From positions 1 to 54,147 of the IMG/VR virus record IMGVR_UViG_3300018080_000221: a stretch of 54,147 nt of DNA, one strand, 5' to 3'. Each line of letters opens with the position of its first letter. The first letter of the stretch is position 1. Shown piece by piece: positions 20,208 through 27,341 of the stretch. The DNA comes from a virus. Taxonomy: Duplodnaviria > Caudoviricetes. The translations under genes and the position numbers were made by a program. The notes under the pieces were generated by a model. It saw only the letters and a program-made list of their open reading frames with translations. It did not search any database and was not told the DNA's origin.

Positions 20208-20411
20208 ATGACTTGGAGGGAACTGCTCGTGGATGGGATGCTGGTACAAGCGGTCACTACGCTGGCCTTGGTGGTTACTTGGTGCGTTATGACGGCTCTG
20301 CAGATTCCAGTACCCCCGTTTATGGAGACTCTGCTGACGATGGTTATTGGTCACTGGTTCGGTGTGGTACTGACCAAAGCCTCTTATAGGGCCTCCTGCC
20401 ATTGTAAGTAA
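20208..20411 (+). CDS. Putative holin
   Basis: 67 aa, two TM helices, IPVP..L.MVIG.WFG, basic tail; last late gene. Confidence 0.6.
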   Translation: MTWRELLVDGMLVQAVTTLALVVTWCVMTALQIPVPPFMETLLTMVIGHWFGVVLTKASYRASCHCK

Positions 20412-20417
20412 AGAATC

Positions 20418-20463
20418 AAAGGCCCTGCACACCCCCGAAATTAGCGCGTGTGCAGGGCTTCTT
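20418..20463. terminator. Probably bidirectional terminator between convergent arms
   Basis: GCCCTGCACAC/GTGTGCAGGGC stem flanked by AAA and TTCTT. Confidence 0.7.
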
Positions 20464-20465
20464 GA

Positions 20466-20657
20466 TCACCCCTTCTCCTGAAAGGCTGATGGATACTTAG
20501 CCCTCAGCATAGCAGGAGTAATCCTCTGGTATCTACCACTCTTACCGAACACCTTACCACACTTGGAGCAGCGGGTGAGCGACTTGTACTCACTGGGCCC
20601 AACCTTGATGGTCGATGATCTGATATCGTGGCGTCCTCCCTCAGGACACTTACTCAC
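20466..20657 (-). CDS. Small Cys/His zinc-ribbon protein
   Basis: CPEGGRH...CSKCG. Confidence 0.6.
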   Translation of the reverse strand: MSKCPEGGRHDIRSSTIKVGPSEYKSLTRCSKCGKVFGKSGRYQRITPAMLRAKYPSAFQEKG

Positions 20658-20892
20658 TTCTTATCACCTCCTTACAATAGGCGCATCTGGTCTCGCAGGC
20701 GATAGCTCGGCCTTTGGAGTCTCTCTTAATAAGTTGAGTAGGCACGTGACGACAGAACGTCTTGCCTCTCTGGATAATCACCCCACACTTCTTGCATACC
20801 CAGACCTCCTGGAATTTGCAGCCTCCTTGGGCATGCTCGTGGGCCTCAGGTTCATGGTTACCTCCCCTGGGGCAGCCAGTTCTACTCTTCAT
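20650..20892 (-). CDS. Small double zinc-ribbon protein
   Basis: CPRGGNH..GGC..CKKC..H..CAYC. Confidence 0.6.
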   Translation of the reverse strand: MKSRTGCPRGGNHEPEAHEHAQGGCKFQEVWVCKKCGVIIQRGKTFCRHVPTQLIKRDSKGRAIACETRCAYCKEVIRSE

Positions 20893-21109
20893 AAGGCTTC
20901 TCCTTACCACAGGATGAGCACTTCCAATAACGGCCTCGGATGGCCCCTGCCGAGTCGTAGGTGAACTTACAGACCCAGACGTGGCTCTCGATGGTACGTT
21001 GCTTTAGTACCTTCTGGCATCTTAGGCACTGGCTGATCCTCTTGAACTGGCAGCCCCCCAATGGTATAGAACGATGCATCACTTGATTATGCTCGCACTT
21101 CTTACTCAT
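20882..21109 (-). CDS. Small double zinc-ribbon protein
   Basis: CEH..GGC..CLRC..HVW..CSSCG. Confidence 0.6.
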   Translation of the reverse strand: MSKKCEHNQVMHRSIPLGGCQFKRISQCLRCQKVLKQRTIESHVWVCKFTYDSAGAIRGRYWKCSSCGKEKPYEE

Positions 21110-21503
21110 CAGGAGCCTCCTCCAGGGCTGAATCGGTGAACTTGGAGATTTTTATCGACTTCGTGTTGTATTTCTGCTTCAAGCCCTGTACATACAGGTA
21201 GCGGCGTTCTCCCGATGCCTGGCAGTACCGATGCATCTCTGTAGCCAGGGCCTTGGCAACTGGCAGTAGGCTCAGGGCAATCTGGGCTATATCTGCTGCC
21301 TTGCCTGCCCACCACCGCCAGATACTGTCTTGAGGCTTGATAGTACCTCCAAAGTTTTGCTGGATATTGACTAGGGCCTGGCGGTCAGCGGTACATAGCT
21401 CCACCTTGGTAGTTCCCTGGCGCTTATTAGGCCCCATATCTATTATACGCCAGTACCCCTTCTCGACGATGAAGTCTATAGCTTCATCCTTAGTGCTTGT
21501 CAT
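21102..21503 (-). CDS. Degenerate LAGLIDADG-fold protein
   Basis: DFIVEKG...VELCTAD...IQQNFGGTI...WRW...LLP pattern. Confidence 0.5.
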   Translation of the reverse strand: MTSTKDEAIDFIVEKGYWRIIDMGPNKRQGTTKVELCTADRQALVNIQQNFGGTIKPQDSIWRWWAGKAADIAQIALSLLPVAKALATEMHRYCQASGERRYLYVQGLKQKYNTKSIKISKFTDSALEEAPDE

Positions 21504-24039
21504 CGTATGCCTCCAGGTGGCCCCAATCTGGGCCTAGGTCTATGTCCACCTTCCATGGGACTTGGGGAAACCACTTCTCCCCAGTAGCCTTCATGATAGA
21601 CTGGACTTTTCTACCTACCTCCTCGACCTTGTCGTTCCTGACCTCCAAGAGGACGCTGTCGTGGATAGTAGCTACCATCTTGGCGTAGTCGATACCCTCA
21701 GCCTTTAGCCAGTCGCATACCGAGATAAAGGTCATCAAGGTAACGTCTGAGGCAGCCCCTTGGACCGGCATGTTCCCTGCGGCCTTACGGGCATCGTCTA
21801 GGTTATCGTTGGTGATGAGAGGGTAGCGACGCCTACGCTTGGTTACAGTCTCCACGTAGCCTCGCGTCCTCAGGGTCTTGAGCTGGCCCTGCTTCCACTC
21901 CTCCAAGGTAGTCATGAGCTTCTTATACCTGCGGACGAACTGCCTGGCTAGGGTCATCGACATCCCAGTCTCCATAGCGAAGGAATGCTCAGTACCTCCA
22001 TACAGGTAGGCAAAGTTGAACTTCTTGCAGTTGTTGCGCTCGTCCTTGGTATACTCCTCTCCGTACATAGCTACTGCTACTTCAGAGTGGAGGTCGCGAC
22101 CCTCCTGGTATACTTGCAAGAGGAATGGCTCTCCAGATAGGGCAGCGGCTACTCTCATCTCTGCCTGGGAGATGTCTACCTCCATAATCGACCATCCTTC
22201 AGGAGCTTTGCAGTAGGCCGCCCTGATATACTGCCCCCAGGTATCCCCCAGAGCCGAGCCTGTACCTGGCCTGGGGATAGTCTGGATGGCAGGGTCACGG
22301 AAGGATACCCGGCCAGTCTCTGTACCATACAAGAGGCAGTCGGGATGTATCTTCCCCTCAGGGTCGATCATACTAGCATTGGTCCTCTTACGGTAGAATA
22401 GGTTGTCGATGTAGGAGCTTTTCAGCTTCAGTAAGGACTTCAGCTGGTCGAACCCCTCCAACCACTTATAGGCTACAGAATCCTGGCGACCCCAGCCGGC
22501 CAGCTTCTGCCTGATCAGTAGCCTCGCCTCTGCGCAGGTCGTCTTTGGCTTTGCGTTCCTAACCCTGACCGTAGGCAGTGCGAAGTGGTCATACATGATC
22601 TTCTGAACCTGCATCCAGGAGTTGGGGTTGAATTCGTACCCGCACATCTCTTCAAGTTCCTCTTGCAGCTTGACTGCCCCATCGCCCATCTCCTCAGACA
22701 AGCGGTGAAGCTCGTCTACGTCGCAGTACAGGCCATAGAGTTCCATATCCACCATATGAGGCAAAGCCGCCATCAGTGGGTAGCGGTACGGCATCTCGAA
22801 CATATCATCTGCCTCTAGCTGCTCCTTGAGGATGAACCAGAGTCTCAAGTTATAGCAAACGTCCAGGACGTTATACTCCATCAGCTGGTCGGCTGGGACA
22901 CTGGAGTACATATCGTTCTTGCTCTTGAGGTACTTCTTGACCAGTTCTCCCTCATAGTCTCCGATGTCGAGATAGTTAGTCAGCAACGGCTTGAGCCCGT
23001 GGTACATGGTCTCGTCGATCAGGTAGTGAGCTACCAAGCTGTCGTCATCTGCTCTAGCCTGGACCCCCAACTGGTGCCTGAGATACCTGATGTCGAACTT
23101 GGCGTTATGCCCGACAAAGGTGATACCATTATCTGGAGCAAAGAGGCGGTTGAGTGCCTCGGCTGTCTCTGGTAGGTAGACCATCTCTGCAGGAATGACC
23201 CAGGCTCGGTTGACGTCGTAGGCAAAGGCCATACATAGTATCCTATGCTCCCAATAGACCAGCTGATCAGTCTCAAGGTCGAAGCAGATGGTGAGTCCCT
23301 CCCTCCCCTGCTTGAGCATCGCATTTACCCAGTAGTTGAGGTCGTCTATATCCTCGACTACGTGGTAATGAGGATACGGCAGGTCTAGTGGTCCTCCATT
23401 GGCCAGCTTCTGAACGTCGTGGACTAGCTCAGAGAAGTGGCCTCCTGTACGTAGGATATAGGCTGGGTGCCAGGTACATATGACCCCGTCGTGCCACTGC
23501 CCTCTGAGCGACCCCTGCAGGATACCTGTAAGGGCCTTACCTGCTACTGCTCCAGCTGCTAGGATTGGGATGCCCTCGGCCTGGTAAGGTGCCAGCTCTG
23601 CAAGGAGTCTTGGACGGCAGCACTGGGCAGCCCTCCAAGGTATCTTGTTGGCTGGTGGATGGCAGAGGGCTGTATTGGTAAAGTATAGGTCGTCACGGGT
23701 GAGGTCAGTTGCTCCTTCTAGGATAGCCGTCAGCAACTTACCGGAGTCCCCAATGAAGGGGACTCCTTGCTTGGCTTCATTCCTGCCTGGGGCCTCCCCG
23801 CAAACAACGCCTCTGCACACGCCCTTATTCGGGGGTGTGCCAGAGCCTTGAACCATCGGACGGTGGAGCAGTGGGCAATGTATGCACTGGGGCTTAGGCA
23901 ATTCAGTATCCTTCACGCCCAGGGCTATATGCTTGCGCTCTGCTGCTATCAAGTCCTCATATGATACCTTCAGTAGGTCTTTATGATGAATCTTTGGCAG
24001 GTCCACTGGCTCTACTAACTGCTTGGCCCTCTTAGCCAT
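21490..24039 (-). CDS. polA: Family A DNA polymerase with N-terminal family-4 uracil-DNA-glycosylase-like domain and 3'-5' exonuclease
   Basis: CIHCPL, GEAPG, PFIG.SG, TWHPAY; FDLET, HNAKFD, YNVLD; DISQAEMR, KKFNFAYLYG, IHDS. Confidence 0.93.
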   Translation of the reverse strand: MAKRAKQLVEPVDLPKIHHKDLLKVSYEDLIAAERKHIALGVKDTELPKPQCIHCPLLHRPMVQGSGTPPNKGVCRGVVCGEAPGRNEAKQGVPFIGDSGKLLTAILEGATDLTRDDLYFTNTALCHPPANKIPWRAAQCCRPRLLAELAPYQAEGIPILAAGAVAGKALTGILQGSLRGQWHDGVICTWHPAYILRTGGHFSELVHDVQKLANGGPLDLPYPHYHVVEDIDDLNYWVNAMLKQGREGLTICFDLETDQLVYWEHRILCMAFAYDVNRAWVIPAEMVYLPETAEALNRLFAPDNGITFVGHNAKFDIRYLRHQLGVQARADDDSLVAHYLIDETMYHGLKPLLTNYLDIGDYEGELVKKYLKSKNDMYSSVPADQLMEYNVLDVCYNLRLWFILKEQLEADDMFEMPYRYPLMAALPHMVDMELYGLYCDVDELHRLSEEMGDGAVKLQEELEEMCGYEFNPNSWMQVQKIMYDHFALPTVRVRNAKPKTTCAEARLLIRQKLAGWGRQDSVAYKWLEGFDQLKSLLKLKSSYIDNLFYRKRTNASMIDPEGKIHPDCLLYGTETGRVSFRDPAIQTIPRPGTGSALGDTWGQYIRAAYCKAPEGWSIMEVDISQAEMRVAAALSGEPFLLQVYQEGRDLHSEVAVAMYGEEYTKDERNNCKKFNFAYLYGGTEHSFAMETGMSMTLARQFVRRYKKLMTTLEEWKQGQLKTLRTRGYVETVTKRRRRYPLITNDNLDDARKAAGNMPVQGAASDVTLMTFISVCDWLKAEGIDYAKMVATIHDSVLLEVRNDKVEEVGRKVQSIMKATGEKWFPQVPWKVDIDLGPDWGHLEAYDDKH

Positions 24040-24835
24040 GACCCATCCTCTCTCCCTCATTAGAGGCCATCTTGGTAGCTTTATGGTAAATGGCGAGATT
24101 GATCTCTGCCAGGGTCAAGGTCTCTTTGAGTAGGTAGCCCTCTGGACGCCAGGCATCCTCAGTCATATTGCACTTGCCTATCATCTCGGTATAGACCTGA
24201 CCCTGCAAGGCGGCCGCGTAGGGGCAGGTGGTATCCCAACTGCGGATATGTGGGAAGTAGCTGATCGCTTGGATAGGTTGGGACATAACCGACCATTGCC
24301 CTAGTAAGTGCAGCCTGGATGGATGCCCCATATAAGGAGTCAATCTGATGCAGTGCGTCCTGACCCATGAGAGGGCAGCGATGCGGCCTCCAGGGAACTT
24401 GTCTAGCACTTTAGGTATCCCAATGGTGAGCTGAGGGATACGCTCCCATAGGTCAGTACCCATCATCTGCCTCAGGCACTCCACCCACTCCTGTACAGAG
24501 CCTCCTTGCGGTACGACCATAACGCTATTGGCATAGGCAGACAGTTCCAGGGCATGGGCATGGAACAGCTTGAGGGTCTTGTCCTTATCCATAAAGGCGT
24601 CGGGGCAGACTACCTCAAATGGCTCGATAGCCTTGGCAACCTTGTAGAGGGTCTTGACCCTTGGCTCTCCAGTCTCTATGACCCCATTATCTAGGATGAC
24701 TCCGCTATGATCCCTGAACTGCTCCCATTCGTCCTCTGGCAGGTCGTTGAATAGGTGGGCTTGGAGCATAACGTATACCCCAGTGGCTAGATGCTTCACC
24801 ATCTTCAGTGGTAGTACGGGCGCAAATTCAGTCAC
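24032..24835 (-). CDS. Divergent TGT/DpdA-fold (7-deazaguanine transglycosylase-like) protein
   Basis: VILDNG, CPD, VVPQG, LHLLG, RSWDT match the order of TGT active-site motifs; AAGGAGG before GTG 24835. Confidence 0.7.
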   Translation of the reverse strand: MTEFAPVLPLKMVKHLATGVYVMLQAHLFNDLPEDEWEQFRDHSGVILDNGVIETGEPRVKTLYKVAKAIEPFEVVCPDAFMDKDKTLKLFHAHALELSAYANSVMVVPQGGSVQEWVECLRQMMGTDLWERIPQLTIGIPKVLDKFPGGRIAALSWVRTHCIRLTPYMGHPSRLHLLGQWSVMSQPIQAISYFPHIRSWDTTCPYAAALQGQVYTEMIGKCNMTEDAWRPEGYLLKETLTLAEINLAIYHKATKMASNEGERMGHG

Positions 24836-25262
24836 GGCTCCCCCTCCTTTTCCTGGGCGACACGCCCCTGCCTGCTTGGGCCTTGACGATGGGGTCGGCC
24901 TCCACCTGGATGCCCTTCTTCTCTGCTTCCCTGGCCAGTAGCATGCGGATAAGGCCCCCGAACATGGCTGAGTAGATATGGACATCCCCAGTTTCCTCCT
25001 CGACCTCCGACCATTGTACAGAGAAGAAGTCGTTGGGATCATAGCCATCCAGCAATTGACTGAGCCTGTCGATCTTCTTCTTGAGCTCCTGCACAAAGCC
25101 ATGGGGGAAGTTGATGCGTTCCCAGACTGGAGAGGAACGGTCATACATCTTGCCCTTCTCAGAAAAGACGCCATTGGCATCCTCTTGGAACCCCTTGACT
25201 TCCTCATACCACTCGGCAAGTAGCAAGTCAAGTACCTTTTGCTCCTCAATAAACAGTTTCAT
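24828..25262 (-). CDS. All-alpha NTP pyrophosphatase (DUF1599/Nmad1-like)
   Basis: KGKMY...G...KKIDRL...EETGDVHIY pattern. Confidence 0.6.
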   Translation of the reverse strand: MKLFIEEQKVLDLLLAEWYEEVKGFQEDANGVFSEKGKMYDRSSPVWERINFPHGFVQELKKKIDRLSQLLDGYDPNDFFSVQWSEVEEETGDVHIYSAMFGGLIRMLLAREAEKKGIQVEADPIVKAQAGRGVSPRKRRGSRD

Positions 25263-25689
25263 CTTGCAGTAACCTCCTGTATATACTAACTGACGGTAGT
25301 TGAAATGGTCGGTATACCTTATGAGTCCTCCTCTCTACCCTTACCCAGCTGCCTATAGTATCCCACCTCTTGGCAGTTGGGTAGTTTACTTCTGCCAAGA
25401 TATTGTTCTGGATCATCCACTGGTCGTCTGGCAAGCCTCCGGTGGTGAGGGTATGGTCTGCGCAATCGGCTACCAGGAAGTATTCCCACCTGCTATAGCC
25501 ATACGGGCGCAGTGCCCATATCTGGCCTATGTCTCGGCAATCGGCAGAGGCTATATAGCCATCGACCATAGGAGTTATTAGTGGGAGGTGGCCTGTCCTC
25601 ATACGGTTCAAGACCACCTCCTCCATCAGCCCTTCTCGGTAGTGACTAGCCCAGCCGTAGATGATCACCAGGGCAGCTAGGGCATTCAT
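25246..25689 (-). CDS. RlpA/DPBB-like protein with hydrophobic N-terminus
   Basis: GWASHY...GYIA...C..IG...LVADC...AEV pattern; ATGA coupled to queC. Confidence 0.45.
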   Translation of the reverse strand: MNALAALVIIYGWASHYREGLMEEVVLNRMRTGHLPLITPMVDGYIASADCRDIGQIWALRPYGYSRWEYFLVADCADHTLTTGGLPDDQWMIQNNILAEVNYPTAKRWDTIGSWVRVERRTHKVYRPFQLPSVSIYRRLLQDETVY

Positions 25690-26417
25690 TCTGCTTCGAT
25701 GTAGCCAGCATCTATGCAACGACTGACCACGCGCCTCATGCCATCGAGGTCATAGGCAGGGTCGTGCATGTCGTTGGCCCAGAATGCTGCGGCACGTAGG
25801 AGGCAACTATCGCACGTACCGCAAGCCTGCTCGTCGTTCCGGTAGCAACTACGCGTATGCTCCCAAGGAACACCCAGGTCTCTTCCAAGCTCGACAATCT
25901 CTGCCTTGGTCAAGGTTATGAGTGGATGAGCAATGGTAACCTCGAACCCTCCCAGTGCCAGGACTGCAGTATCGGCAAACGCCTCCAAGAAGTCCTGCCG
26001 GCAATCTGGGTATTCCACGTCTTGCTCAACCCACCCCCCGACCAGCATATGTGCGTCGTACTTGTAGAGTAGGGGGAGAGTCCTGGCCAGCTGGAAGAGG
26101 TTGCGTCCTGGTACGAAAGATGATGGGTTACCATACTTGTCAGTAACGCCAGGTCTCAAGTCCGTAACGTCGCTGGTGATAGCCTCTAGTCCATAGCCGT
26201 CAATCTTGATGGCCTGGAATGGGATGACGTGGCCTAGCTCGGATGCCAGAGAGCCCATCACCATTAACGCTGCGTTGGCCTCGTAGTCGGCTCCAAGCTG
26301 CCCATAGTCGAAGTGGGCAATCGCTACTACCTCTGTATTCGGACGTGCTGCTGCCCAGTATAGGGCCGTGGAGGAGTCCATTCCTCCACTAAGTAGAACC
26401 ACTGCTCTGTCCTTCAT
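25686..26417 (-). CDS. queC: 7-cyano-7-deazaguanine synthase
   Basis: LSGGMDS, FVPGRN, YPDCR, SCY..CGTCDSC..R. Confidence 0.95.
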   Translation of the reverse strand: MKDRAVVLLSGGMDSSTALYWAAARPNTEVVAIAHFDYGQLGADYEANAALMVMGSLASELGHVIPFQAIKIDGYGLEAITSDVTDLRPGVTDKYGNPSSFVPGRNLFQLARTLPLLYKYDAHMLVGGWVEQDVEYPDCRQDFLEAFADTAVLALGGFEVTIAHPLITLTKAEIVELGRDLGVPWEHTRSCYRNDEQACGTCDSCLLRAAAFWANDMHDPAYDLDGMRRVVSRCIDAGYIEAE

Positions 26418-27024
26418 CTTCAGTTACCTCCATTCCTAGAGTATTATAGAGCCTACCTTCAAACTGCATGCGCCAACCTGGCTCTAGTAGGTCTACGGCG
26501 TGCAGTACCGACGGCGTGTTAGCTTTGATCTTGTTCTTGGTTATATACTTCTGGGCCTGCCCTCCTAGACGGCTGGCTATATAGATAACCTTCTGATCTG
26601 GCTTGAGTCCTTGCCCATATAAGAGGACCAGCCCATGCATCAAGATAAACTGTATCTTGTCCTTGGCTACCTTCCTATCCAGGTACAGGTTATAGAGCCT
26701 GCCGCTATGGATAAAGTTATGGCAAGTATAGCACAGGGCAACGGTCTCTCTATAGCGGAGCACCAACTTATCCCACAAGTAGTCGTAGCACTCGTGGGCC
26801 TCTAACCATTGGTGATACTTGGCGTTAGAGGAGGAAACCCCGCAGGCAAAGCAATGGTAGTTGTTAACCTCGTAAACCTGCTTACGATGCCTATCCCACC
26901 ATTCCTTACCCATCAACGTCCTTGGGTTAACCCCTGACAGGTACTTGGGTATGTTAGGATGCTGCAGAATATCTGGCCTGGTAAACTTGAGGCCAGTAGC
27001 CGATAGGTCCAGGCTAATCTTCAC
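26389..27024 (-). CDS. HNH endonuclease
   Basis: W...R..VY...CFACG...LEAHE...LCYTCHNFIH. Confidence 0.75.
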   Translation of the reverse strand: MKISLDLSATGLKFTRPDILQHPNIPKYLSGVNPRTLMGKEWWDRHRKQVYEVNNYHCFACGVSSSNAKYHQWLEAHECYDYLWDKLVLRYRETVALCYTCHNFIHSGRLYNLYLDRKVAKDKIQFILMHGLVLLYGQGLKPDQKVIYIASRLGGQAQKYITKNKIKANTPSVLHAVDLLEPGWRMQFEGRLYNTLGMEVTEDEGQSSGST

Positions 27025-27340
27025 GATTGACTGACCTGTCTACATTGAACCCTTCTGGATACCTACCTGCTAGCTTATCCAAGTTCAAAGTGGCTACCTC
27101 TTCTAGCGTCAGCCCTATGGCATCGGCAGTGACTGCCACGTACCATAGGACGTCCCCCAGCTCCTTAGCTACTGCCGCTGCCCTGATTGGGTGGCCGTGC
27201 CAGACGTACTTCTTGACTAGGTCCAGTACCTCACCAGCTTCCCCTCCCAATCCTATAGAAGCATAGACCAGCTTCTGGACTCCACTATCGAAGCCCATAC
27301 AGGTCTTGAGTGCCCCCTTCTGGTATTCATTTAGTTCCAT
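27014..27340 (-). CDS. mazG: MazG-like NTP pyrophosphohydrolase
   Basis: YQ..A, GLGGEAGEV, ELGDVLWY, N..KL..RYP. Confidence 0.92.
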   Translation of the reverse strand: MELNEYQKGALKTCMGFDSGVQKLVYASIGLGGEAGEVLDLVKKYVWHGHPIRAAAVAKELGDVLWYVAVTADAIGLTLEEVATLNLDKLAGRYPEGFNVDRSVNRED

Positions 27341-27341
27341 A

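Noticed and set aside
24836-25249. N-terminal 138 aa of the 405-aa ORF 24032-25249
   Set aside because: Overlaps the Nmad1-like gene in another frame; a strong RBS precedes GTG 24835
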